A stretch of DNA of 64,000 nucleotides from Chiloscyllium plagiosum (Eukaryota). Location of the stretch: assembly GCF_004010195.1 (NCBI RefSeq), contig NC_057732.1, positions 39,097,644 through 39,161,643 of the forward strand, given 5' to 3'. The notes under the pieces were generated by a model. It was not told the DNA's origin. It made no database searches and saw nothing but the letters and a program-made list of their open reading frames with translations. Of the stretch, positions 52,200 to 64,000 are shown piece after piece. Each line of letters starts with the position of its first letter. Position 1 is the first letter of the stretch. A program made the position numbers and the translations under genes.

Positions 52200-53550
52200 G
52201 GGGTATGCTGTACTGCAGCAAGTTGGAGTTGGAGTTGATCACTGCGATCTTAGATGTTCATATCTGCACCATGTGCTTAGCTCACAGGCCTTCGACTCAG
52301 AATTCTTGAGCTGGAGTCTGACCTGCAAATATTGCAGAGTATCAATGAGTGAGGGAATTACCTGGACAATTTGTTACTAGAGACAGTTGTGTTCCTTCAA
52401 TTAAGTGAACCTTTAGAGTTGGTTCATGGTCAGGGGCAGGAGGGTGTGATTGCAAGTCAGATTGGTATGGGATACATTAGTGGAGGAGGTGTAGCCATTC
52501 ACTTTGATGAACAGGTGCAAGTTACTTGCTGTGTGAATAAGAACAACAATTTCATGTGAATGGAAACTGACTGTAGCATGATGACACAAGCACATTCAAG
52601 TGAAGATGGGAGGGATAAAAGAATTATGGTGTGATTGGGGACACTGTAACTTGGGAAATTGATACTCTTTGATTTACAATCAAGGTCTAGAGTTCGAAAG
52701 ATTCTGTTGGCAGGATTAAAAACATCATCTCATGGCTAAAGAGGAACTTGAAGACAATGATCCAGTTGTCCTGGTCCATGTAGGAAACAATGACACTGCA
52801 AGGATGAAAAATGCTATTATGCTGAGAGAGTTTGAGAAATTAGGATTCAAATGAAGAAGCAGAACCTTAAAAAGTAATCTCTGGTTTGCCACTGAAACCA
52901 CATCCCACTTAACACCGGAATAAACAGATTATAGGGTCAGATGCATTGCTGAAAGAGTGGTGTGATAGCAAGGATTTTGCTTCATGGATCATTGGCACAT
53001 AGAAAGAGGGAGCTGTTCCTTTGCGATGGGCTCCACTTGAACCAAGTTGGGATTGGAATCCTGGCAAATCTTAACAAGTAGGGCTGGAGAGTGCACTTTA
53101 AAATAATGAAGGCCAGGTAGGAAGATTCAGAAAAGGACAAATTCAAAGGAGAAAGGGAAATGTTCTTTAAAGTTCTCTAGAGTTGCACACTGTTTTAAGT
53201 AAAAATAAGGAGAGTAGTTCAGGAAGTGACAAAGAGAAATGAAGTTAAAATTGTATTCGTGTATAAGGTGATGTCAGAAAAAACAGAAAAAGTCAAAGCT
53301 TAAGGCACTTTATGTAAACGTGTGAAGGATTTACAACAAATTGGACACATTAATAACAGAAATTAATTGGCTTAATCCAATAATTATTACAAAGATGTAA
53401 TTGCAAAGTGATCAAGATTAGGACCTAAGTATTCCAGCGTACTTGTATGAGAGAGATTAAAAGGATGATGGAGTATTCTTGATACTAAGGATGAATGAAG
53501 ACAGCAGAGAGAAATGATCTTAACTCAAAAAAAAAGGAGGGTCAGGTTGA
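52200..53550 (+). mobile_element. Old CR1 5' remnant (ORF1 esterase to start of endonuclease)
   Basis: Degenerate 'gtcctggtccatgtaggaaacaatgac' (VxVHVGxND) and 'gatgggctccacttgaac' (DGLHLN) motifs. Confidence 0.6.
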
Positions 53551-53732
53551 TTGGAACTATTAAGTAGCGAGTCTGAATGATTCTTTTAACTTAAGGTGCC
53601 AGTGAAGCACCTATCACCTTTTGTTCTAATCATCAGTCACTCTGGACACACAATTGCCACAAACCTTGAATAGCTATTTGGAAAAATCTTTAATGACTCA
53701 TTTCATTCCAATGGATTTTTGGTTTTCAGGCA

Positions 53733-53793
53733 ATGGAGAGTCCACTGTGCATCACATTGTGGTCACTTCTGTTCCTTCAACAGCTTTTCTTAG
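53733..53793 (+). CDS. Gene 2 leader exon MESPLCITLWSLLFLQQLFLG
   Basis: ggttttcAG acceptor before 53730, Kozak-like GCAATGG, hydrophobic leader, strong TTAG|GTAAGT donor, phase 1. Confidence 0.85.
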
Positions 53794-56700
53794 GTAAGTG
53801 CCTTGTCTTTTTTTTCAGGAGTTTCTCACGTGTAATTGACTGTCTGGTTAAATCTGTCTGGATCATGTTTAGTTTTGGTTTTAACAAGTGATCTCTTGCT
53901 GAAACACAATGCTGCAGATTTTGTTTTAACAATAAACCAAAAGTTTACTAACAAAGGAAACAAAGATAAAAATGAAGAAACTAAATCATCTAACCGTAAC
54001 ACACATTCAAAGATCTTTAAATGCTTTGTAAGAGTGTAATCCCATAAATCCCAAAATGCACTTTTATAAATTGAAAATAAAATAAAACAGCTTTTGTTTT
54101 TACAATACTCATGAAATACATACATTAAAACCCCTGTATCTAACACCATGATAGGTTTAATTTGCTGTGACTTCAACTTACTGACTTGAACTGTGGATAG
54201 TTTCTTCTTGGAACTATTATCCACCTTAGTTTGAATATAACCACTTCAGGGTTTTATCCCAACATTCTGGTCTGTGATAACATTGCTCTTCATTCTATAA
54301 GGATACTGAGTTCCCTATGTCCTGTCCTTGCCTCTTGGGCTGTACATCCATTCGAGGGCTTTCCAGGACTTCCTCAGTCAAAGAAAACCTAAGAACAAAT
54401 AGCTGCCTGTCAAAAGCTATGTTTTTTTCCCTTAAGCTTAAACAAACAAGTTCCAAAAGTCTCTAACAAATGTTGAAACTCCAGTATTTATGTTGGTGAG
54501 TCCAAAACAAGCCAAAATAATCAAACTTTTATTAATGGTGTACAAAAAGTTTGGCTTCAAAAACTGCTTTACTAACAAAAAAAATCACTATGGCTTCGGA
54601 AATATTTAAGTTAATTATTAATTTCAGACACACAGAAAACCCACAGGCCGGTTACTCAAAACCAAAATCCCAAACGTAGAATAAATGGCATTACATATAA
54701 ATGACAAGAGTTTACACCACACTGATATATACAATGAATGAGAATCTAAGGAAGACAGATATGAAATTAGTAAGCCTGTAGAGAAATTGATGTCAGTGAG
54801 AATTTGTTTTGGATCAAACTGCAATAGTCAAGCAGAAAAATAGTTAGTGCCATTTGTGATTCTTTTCTTTGAAAGGAAAGCAGTATTAATGGCACATGAA
54901 CAATGGGGCTATAATTTAAAAAGTTAAGCTCAAGCTGAGGGAAAACAATTTACATTAAATAGCAATACATCACTTCTTTTCAGAAATCCCAAATGCTGAA
55001 AATAATAAGTTTTAAAGGACAATTACCACTCTTGTGTGGACAAATACATCAGCCTTTGTGAACAGTAAGAAAACACAAGCCATATATGTAACATTTGGGA
55101 TTCAGCAGTCATACATCCTTAAAATAAGTTTGACTATTTGTAAATAATTTTAAGGTGGTTTATTACATTTATAAAGAAAACAGTTTAGATATAGTGCTTA
55201 GCTAAATAGGCAGGAAAAGTTTACAATCTGTGACAGGGGAAGGCAGTTCTCCAATACCAGTGACAAACGGACACTTGGCACAGAACGTATTGACCTCAGG
55301 AGGGAGTGATGGAAGCATTCTGCTCTCTCCAGGTGAAGTGTTGGGGTGGTTCTCCTTTCTTGGTCCATTTTCTATCTGAAGAAAACAGCAGTCTGGTGAG
55401 AACTGCCACATCATGATGACTGCAATCCATCTCTGAACCCTTCTTGATTTACTTTATTTCCAGGTGATATACCCTATTTCAAAATCATTCCTTTGAACCT
55501 TTCTAACTGCTGAATACAGGCTTTGCATTCTTTCCAAGACGAAATACATAGGGCCTCAGTATAATATCCAAATGGTAGCATTTTATTCAGTAACACACTG
55601 AAGTGGCAGTCATGCACTCAAATCCTGAAATAGGATTTGAAACTGTCCATATTGACCAATTACATCACAATCTAAATATTGTTGGTCCAGATACTAGAGT
55701 TGAGTAATCATGATTTTACATTTAGACAGGGTTGTAATGGCAGATTGGAAGATAAGATTTGACTTGTGTGGGAAAGGGAGAGCTTTTACACCTTTATCTT
55801 GTAGATTGGTTCCTTTTGGGAATTTCAATAGATTGGGCAGAAACCATTAAATGGAATGGATGTTCTGAATGGGGCAAATGACCACTTCTTGTTTCATCCT
55901 TATTTGTATATTGTATGTCTAATATTTTCATTAGGTGATGGATCCTTCATCCAGATCTGCGGCGTCTTAGGTGAAGACATCTTACTGCCCTGCACCTTTA
56001 CTGTTGCATCCAACTTTAGTCTGCAGCAACTTGTCATTACCTGGCAGTGGACAGTCAGTTTAATTGTGGTTCATAGCTACTACAATGAGAAAAACCATCC
56101 AGAGTATCAGGACCCAGCATTCAGAGGACGTACTGAACTATTTCCCGAAAACTTCCCCAATGGAAATGCTTCACTCAGATTGAAAGAAGCAGCCACATCA
56201 GACATGGGGAACTACACCTGCTTTGTAATTCAGGAGGATGGAAAAGGCTACATTGAAAATTTGGTGGAACTGAAATTATATGGTAAGCTTGTAGATATCT
56301 CCCAGCCGTAAATAAAAGTACATGCAAAACTTGTTGAGAGAATTGTGCCCAGGCAGGGAATAATCACCTGGAAATTGTTTCAAATCTTTCACATATTTAA
56401 ATGTTTCAGGGAGATTCATGAGAATGGAGCTTGTTAGACTGTAAGAAAGTTATATCATATATTCAGTCACTTGTGTGCTGTGTAGAAGATGAACTACACA
56501 TCAGTTTGAGTAAACCGTTTAACTATCAATTATCCTGTTCGCTTAAATAATTTGTCATGGGCCCCCAACTTTCTTTAGTCTGAGAATACCTTTAGGTTTG
56601 AAGTGTTCTGCCCAACTTCACCTGAAACTGCTTTTTTTTTTAGTCAGCTTATTAACAAGACTTAATGGACAGCAGGCATAAGCCTGACACTTGGAAGCTA

Positions 56701-59581
56701 ATGAACCTAAAAGCTCAAATCTGACAGGCATGATGGAAGGTTGTCATATTCAAGAATTTCTTGATGTCCAGTTCAGTTTGGATGACCTCTGCCTCTGATC
56801 CTTGTGCTACCATCTGGGAGATAGAGGGACCTGCTTTGTCCCAACTTCCAGGATGTTGTTGCCTCCCACCCTGCAGACAGAGACAGGGTGTTAGTTGAGA
56901 CCCATTTCTTTTCAAAGATGGTGCTCTTCTGATATTGGTGGAGGAGGATAAGATGGAATTGCTAGTTATTAACGTGTCCCTTGGTACGAGAAATCCCATA
57001 ATCTCAGTGGAAATCCAGCAATCCCAAGCAAGAACATGAGCACAGAGCCAGTGTTGCAATCTTCCTGACCCTTTATCCCTTACTTTTGGTGATTGAGTTT
57101 GAGGGGAAAATCAGACCCCAATCATCCTGCTAACTCCCAGACATTTTATGCTCCAGTTAGCTGTTCAATGAAGCTTCTGAGCTGGTGGTCACACATTTAC
57201 TAATAATTAATTGAGGAAACATTAAGGATTTCATTAGATTTATTTGATAAAGGGGAGATTCTAAGGTCTCAAGTACAATTTAAAGTTTAGCACCCACAGG
57301 CATTCAAGATTATTATATAATGTAAACTGAATGGCATTACCTATACTTATGAAATATTATACTCAAATGAATGTTAGATATTTTAGGATAAAACACATTT
57401 CAGACAGACACAATGTAGCAGAAATGGCCATAGCATAAATGAATGAATAAAAATAAATCATAGTCTAATGCCACCATATGGTTAATTGAAGTATATAGAT
57501 CTTACTGAAATATCATTACATTCAGATGCAAACTGTAGACCTTAAGTTGGTATCTGGTACTTTTTAACAACCCTATATTCTAATAATTTAACTATTAAGT
57601 AGTGCAAAAAATTTAGTTGTTTATTTAGGCAAAAGCTGAAAACAGAAGCTAAATTGGTACTTGGGAAATATGGCATGACTGTCTGGAGTCTGGGTTTAGT
57701 GCAAGTTTTGGTCCTTATTACTGATTATCATAATTTAATTTGTCTGGAGGCAATAAAGAAGATTTATTCATATTTAGCACTTAATTTCTGTGGAGAAGAT
57801 TTTGTGGACTCTTCTAAATCACTTACAGTGCAGGCCTCTGCCTGGTAGATGCACATTAGCGTGTTATAACAAGGGCCAAAGCATGGAGTAAAGTGTGCAC
57901 AGTTCTTGCATACAGCACTTGAGGTTGGACGAGGTCCAGAGAAGGAGAAAGCACTGAACTAAAAGGCACAGGCACCATTCTTCCATTCCTCCCGTCCCGC
58001 TCTCCTGCAGTAGGCAGTGCCATGGCATAGTGTCATGTCCTTCTCCCATTCTTTGTCCAAAACGAATGGGAATCACTAACAAGATTGCCTTGACCAGGTA
58101 CTCCCTTTCTGCTGCTGACTCCAAGAAGAGTGTCAGAGCACTTAACTCCCTTTTTTTAGGTGAACTCCTCAGAGAATTCTTTGAATAAGTGTTGCTGTAA
58201 AGTTATTGAAGAGTTCAGTCTCTAAGAAAGTCTTACAATTTATTCAGTAGCAGCTTCTCAATTGCAGCAGCAAATTGAGATGGTCAAGAGTATCCATTTA
58301 AACAGTATTTCAAATCCATAACAACACTTTGTTTACTTCCAAGTAAATTGTTGGGGGATGGTATTAGAACAAGTCTCCTAATTGAGCACTGTAGGCATTT
58401 TTAGTATCAGTCAACCCTTTTACAAGCTTCTGAATAGCTGTTCTAAATTGTTCTTTTACTAAGATGACATTCTGCTCTAAACACAGCTGAACTGGCATTT
58501 CGGTTTAAGAACAAAGAACAAAGAAAATTTACAGCCCAGGAACAGGCCCTTTGGCCCTCCAAGCCTGAGCCAATCCAAATCCACTGTCTAAACCTGTCGC
58601 CCAATTCCTAAGCATCTGTATGTTTCTGCTCCCCACCTATTCATGCATCTGTCCAGATGCACCTTAAATGAATCTACCGTGCCTGCCTCTACTACCTCTG
58701 CTGGCAACGCATTCCAGGCACCTACCACCCTGTCTATAAAGTACTTGCCATATATAGCCCCATTAAACTTTTCACAACTCACCTTGAAAGTGTGACCTCT
58801 CGTTATTGAATCCCTCACCCTGGGAAAAAGCTTATCTCTATCCACCCTGTCTATATCCTTCATGACTTTGTAGACCTCAGTCAGGGCCCCCCTCAATCTC
58901 CTTTTTTCTAATGAAAACAATCCTAACCTAGTCAACCTCCCTTCATAGCTAGCACCTTCCATACCAGGCAACATCCTTATAAACCTTCTCTGCACTCTCT
59001 CCAAAGAGTCCACATCCTTTTGGCAGTGTGGTGACCAGAGCTGTACACAGTATTCTAAATGTGGCCAAACTAAAGTCTTGTACAATTTTAACATGACCTG
59101 CCAGCTCTTATACTCAGTATTCCGTCCGATGAAGGCAAGCATACCATATGCCTTCTTGACCACTCTATCCACCTGTGCAACCACTTTCAGGGTACAATGG
59201 ACCTGAACTCCCAGATCTCTCTGCTCATCAACTTTTCCCAAGGCTCTTCTGTTTACAGTATAGTTTGCTCTGGTCACTGTGATCACATCAGAGGATAATT
59301 AACACCTGAACATGCTAGTTAAGATAGCTCATTTCATGGGAAGAAGAGTGAACATTGTATCTCAGCTGTTAATGGAGTGATTAAACCATAATTTTATACT
59401 TCTAAATATCCTAGATAAACCACTGGTCATTGGAAATGACGATACCGCAGTTTTGCACAGACAAAGAGCAATTTATACACTTGGATTCATAAGTGGAGCA
59501 CTGATTGTTTTAATTGGATTTAGAGTTGGATATTCGGAAATGCAAAAGAAGAAGCAACAAATTTCCAACGAGAGTGAGTAA
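53733..59581 (+). CDS. Gene 2 (whole model): B7-family (CD276/HHLA2-like) single-IgV type I membrane protein, ~191 aa or slightly longer
   Basis: join(53733..53793,55935..56282,59415..59581), or the last exon ends at donor 59573 and splices onward; phase-1 GT-AG introns and an open frame. Confidence 0.75.
55935..56282 (+). CDS. Gene 2 IgV exon, B7/butyrophilin family
   Basis: ttttcattAG acceptor and TATG|GTAAGC donor; GEDILLPCTF..FSLQQLVITWQ..VHSYY..QDPAFRGRTELFP..NGNASLRL..DMGNYTCFV are B7-family signatures shared with CD276, HHLA2 and VTCN1. Confidence 0.95.
58507..59272 (-). mobile_element. Young 5'-truncated CR1/HER1 LINE in a gene 2 intron
   Basis: 232-aa ORF 58588..59286 is the CR1 ORF2 C-terminus (QRDLGVQVH, LEYCVQLWSP, ITRGH); tail repeat aagaacaaagaacaaagaa. 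Confidence 0.93.
59415..59581 (+). CDS. Gene 2 stalk/TM/cytoplasmic exon
   Basis: atcctAG acceptor, phase 1; DKPLVIGNDDTAVLHRQR-AIYTLGFISGALIVLIGFRVGY-SEMQKKKQQISNESE*; a perfect GTGAGT donor follows 59573. Confidence 0.7.
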
Positions 59582-61723
59582 AGTGTTCCAAAAAATTAAA
59601 CACGTGTCAAGCAATTTGCATATAGTAACTGAAGTTTGATACTTTGAAGGACCTACTATGACAGTTACAAAATTTAATGTAATTTGTTTTAATATTTAAG
59701 GCTACAGTTTCTTGACACAAGGGAATTTACTCTGTTTCTAAAGTTCAACCTTAGGATTAAAAAAAAATGTTAAGATATGGGACACAGACTGATATGTTTA
59801 TGGGATTAAAAAAATGAGAATTTCCCACAGGATGTGGGAAATGATTGAGTTCTATTGATGCATGTTTTGTGATATGATTGTTCACTTAATGTAAGGATTT
59901 CTTAGGCTTTTTATTGCAAGGTATAGCTTCACTGAAGGAGATTGCTTGCACCAACATTAATAAATTCTAAGGTTAGATTTTCCAAATAGGAAACAGAACT
60001 GGGACTTCATATTTTTAAAATCTCTGTAGTCAAGAGTCAGGGATTGACTTGTCTCAAGATTCAAGGGAATTGTTATTGGGAATTCAAGGGAATTAGTATT
60101 GTTCAATTGGTAATGTAAATGGCTTCACATTCACTGAACAGTAAACTGTTGCCCAATAAACATCACAGAGTCAATGCTCCACATATTCTTTGTAATCTCA
60201 AATTTGGGTGAAACCTGAGTGACATGGACAATAGCAAGATTTGTGGCAGAATTGGGTGGGAGGTCTAGTGAGGGCCATCTCAATGCAGGGAGAAATCTGT
60301 TGCATTGATACCGGGTGATGAGGTGAATTTCCCACTAGGCAGCAGCAAGTTATCATTTCAGGGGGATTATAGCTGCAAATTGCCTCATTAATATTCACTT
60401 CCTATCTTTCCAAATGTGCTGAACAAGCTAGACATGAAGACATCTCAGTGTGAAGTCAGAGCCCATGTCTGGCGACTTCAGCTTGCTGCTTGGCTGTGAG
60501 AAGCTTCCATATTGCTCAGCACCAAACAGCATCCGCAGCCATGGGCTGCACGCACACCTCATCCACAGACATTGCCATCTGACATTTATGAACTCCTCGT
60601 AACCATCTTGGCATCTCTCCAATCCACTACAGGCCACTTTGCAAGCACAGACTTGCATTGCCAGGTACAATGGCAACGAGCAATGAAATTCTGCTGCAAG
60701 GACACTTTTTACTTAGGCATAGGCACCAGCTCACAGATTGGACAAAGCTGTGTCTTAGGGCTGCTTTCTTGTTTTCTCAGTACCTACGTTTTAGCTTTTA
60801 TCTGCAGCCTTGCAGTATCCCTGCCTTGCCTTACCTTGCCATTCCTTTTAACACAGTTAGACAACCAAGCAGCTTACCTTGTTGGTCAGCAGTCCTCAAT
60901 CTAGGGATGTACATCTTGCTGTAGGGCAGCTACATCAATGTCATAAATGTAGTATGTGTCAGCATATTATGCACTAAACAGATTGCGTGTGCAGCAAGCC
61001 GATGGCTTATCCTCACTGAGGTTCATGGAAGTACTGGAAGAGCACAGCAGTTAGGAATCCTGCCACAGTCAGTGAGGGCACGCTCTGATGCCAATTAACA
61101 GTCAGGCATCCGATCAGGGTTGACTTGTTCAGGGTGCCCATGCAGAGCAGAAATTCCCAGTCAGACCTGTGGCTCCGTTGCAATCAGTTTTGTTTTTTGG
61201 GTAGGGGTTCGCTGGAAAGATATACAGGAATGTGTTACGGTCTGGGCAGTTCTTGCTGGCATCTCGTTACGTCGCCTAAGGGAGTGGCTGTGCTCAGTTT
61301 GTTGGGTCCATCCTCAGAGGTAAAGGGAAAAGAGATGGAAGAGGGTGCAGCTCCTGTAGGAATAAGACAGGAACCTACTGTTCAGGATTGAGGGTTGCAG
61401 GCTTAAGGGGAAAGGGAACGATGATTATGAAGTTGGTTAATTGAGATATGGTAAATCATGGAAGTGAATGGAATCATGTGGCAGGGGTCTTGGGTTCAAC
61501 CACAGACAGGAGCCCACTGGTTTCAAGAGGACAGTTAATAACCACACCAGGCATGGTCACCTCATAATGCAGGGCCTGGGGGACTGGTACATCTATGTAC
61601 AGTCCTGTAAACACTTAGGCAGAGACCTGAGGATGTGTAAAGAGCATTTCATGGGAAGGGCTATCTCAAACAGGATCTGAATGTTCAGGATTTCTTCGAC
61701 ACATTGTAATAGTAATGTATTAC

Positions 61724-62067
61724 CATAGAATCCCTACAGTGTGGAAACAGGCCATTCGACCCAACAAGTCCATACCAAACCTCAACAGTATCCCACTCAG
61801 ATCCATCCCCCTACTCTATAACCTTGCATTTTCCATGACTGATGCACCTAACCTACACATCTCAGCACACTATGGGCAATTTAGCAAGGCCAATTCACTT
61901 AACCTGCACATCTTTGGACTGTGGGAGGAAACCAGAGCACCTGGAGGAAACCCACGCAGACACGGGGAGAATGTGCAAATTCCATACAGACAGTCACCCA
62001 AGGCTACAATCAAACCTGGATCCCTGACACTATGAGGCAGCAGTGCTAACCACTGAGCTACCCTGCC
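61724..62067 (-). mobile_element. HE1-type SINE
   Basis: Reverse complement of the HE1 head, core and tail. Confidence 0.88.
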
Positions 62068-64000
62068 ATGTTACATGTATTTATGAAAATACAGTGAAAT
62101 ATGTATAAGGTGACATAAGTTGGTGCAATTTTAATTACATAAATTACAAAAAGAAATAAATCATACAAAGTTAGGACTAATCTCATTTTTTGTTCCATAC
62201 ATGGTTTATTGATTTCTTAAGTGCTACAGGATACTGTCACACTCTCCAGCCGCCAAAACTCTCCCTGAGGTCACAACACCAAAGCGGAAGCAGCTGAAGC
62301 AGCTCCTCTCCACCAGATGTCATCTCTGCCAAAGCTGCCTCATTGCTGCTGACGTTCCAGCCACTGCCATAGCCAGGAGAATGTCCCAACTGTTGAAGGC
62401 CAGGATCTGTCTCAACTTCCAAGAAGTGGTAGACCGTCCAAATCAATTCCTGAAGACCAAGAGATCGTTAACTCGCCCGCCATTGCAGACCTCACCAAAA
62501 CACCGAAGGAAATGAGCGGACCCCAATTCATTGACGCTGGAACAGCCCCTCAAGCTGCAACTGCTATGGCAAGTAGGAATGAACATGACCACCGCTCAAC
62601 AGTTCTCTGCAATCTCTCTCCACCACCGCAGCCAGAGAAAGAAGAAATTAATTTGATTCAAAAGTTAAATGAAGAAGAGTTAAATAAACAAAGGAAGAAG
62701 GATGCAATCTGTCTTGTGAGAGGGAGCAGACGGGTTGGGATCCTGAACACCATCAACCCTGCCATCTCCTTCCATTGTTAGGGAAAATTGGAAGTACACA
62801 ATGGGAAAGAATATGGCTGCAACCGCACTGAGACTGGGTGGGATCAGTGTCTGAGCCTGTGAGGGAGGCGCCTAGTGCATTAGCTCCTTGTATGCTGCAC
62901 TCCTCCCTGCCTGGATCTCACCTAACAACCATTCACAAAATGGCCAGGCAATGAATGGGGATGTTTTAGGATGAGGGGTAATGGAATCAGCAAAGTCCAT
63001 TCTTCTCTATACACTTGGTTCATCCTACCTCTGATTACTGCAGCAGACTCTCAAAACAGATATTGGTCCATGGTGTATCCTGTGTAAATATGAAGTTAGT
63101 CCTTCTGCTGGCATAGTTATATTCAGGGCTAAACAGAGACTCAAAGAAACAGATGTGGTGTCAAAACAAGGAAAATGATACAAATGTGACACTTTACACA
63201 CATGTGCAATGTCACCTGTGCCAGCAAAATGCCCTGAATAGGTTTCATCTTTCTATCCCTGTCTCTACATCTCGGTGTAATCGCTGATTCTGCAGGAGTG
63301 GTGGAGGGACTCTGCTTGGCAGTGGAGCTCAGTGATTTGGTCAGGATGTCCTGGGGTGTTTGTGTCTGGATGGCCCAGAGATGTTTTCCCAGACTTCTCT
63401 TGCCAAAGGCAAGAGGACTCTTTTCCTAGCTTTAACTTCCAAGGGTCAAAGGGTGTGCAGGCAGGGTGGAGGTGGAGGGTCTAACCACTTCTGGAGTAAT
63501 CTGGGAGGAGATTCTGAGGTGCTTGTGTGTGTGGTTCCTTCTCCAGTTGGGTGCCTCCTGGCACTGCCCTGTTTCCTTTTGAGGATGTGGGCAGGTTCCC
63601 CATCCCCCTGTCACCACACCTTCAGTTTTGAGGGCCAGTGGCTGGAATCCAAGTGAGTTCACCTCTCCAGCAAACTCGGAGGATGCTGGACCTGGCTGTC
63701 CAGTGCGACTGTCCATAGAGGCAGCCAGACAATCTCCTGCATAGCTGCACTCCTAAGGCTTTTGGGCATTGATGGCTATTGTCTCCCACATGCCTTGCTT
63801 CCAATTCCGTTGCTGCTTGTGCATGTGGATGATGTCCCTGATTGTCAACCCCAAAAGGTCCCCTCCTGCCTGGGGCTAAGCAGGCACTTGGTCTCCTGCA
63901 GGCCTCCGAATGCCAGAGGCTTGAGCAGTTTCATCCTCAGCCAGCTGTCACAGTGAGGTGCTCACCAGCAAATGTTCCACTTTCTGTGGCTGACATTCTC

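Noticed and set aside
58588-59286. Longest ORF in the window (232 aa) as a host gene
   Set aside because: It is the C-terminus of CR1 ORF2 in a 5'-truncated retrotransposon.
53733-59581. Assigning the symbol CD276, HHLA2, VTCN1 or CD274 to gene 2
   Set aside because: Motifs are mixed between CD276 and HHLA2 and the domain number matches none of them; only B7-family membership is supported.

Overview
This is AT-rich, repeat-dense vertebrate DNA. The repeat set (HE1-type tRNA-derived SINEs with (TCTAA)n tails, CR1/HER1-type LINEs, Rex1/Babar-type LINEs, Penelope-like terminal repeats) points to a shark; a bamboo-shark-like species is my inference. In the first ~27 kb I found only transposon debris. 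Two intron-containing Ig-superfamily genes were assembled by hand from GT-AG boundaries and intron phases, both on the + strand and head-to-tail. Gene 1 (27053..38908; 7 coding exons; ~342 aa) encodes leader, a germline-joined VJ-type V domain (J-like IGKGT; 'TAPPPS' in the FG loop), a C1-set domain, an uncharged TM and a tail with an ITIM (ICYAEL) plus an ITSM (TVYSSV). It is a non-rearranging, antigen-receptor-like/SIRP-like inhibitory receptor. Gene 2 (53733..~59581) is a B7-family (CD276/HHLA2-like) protein with leader, apparently a single IgV, TM and short tail. It lies behind a CpG-rich promoter with a perfect GAS and a perfect ISRE. The main hypothesis, untested, is that these form a genetically linked checkpoint-like receptor and interferon-inducible B7 ligand module. 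Exon coordinates were counted by hand; repeat boundaries are approximate.
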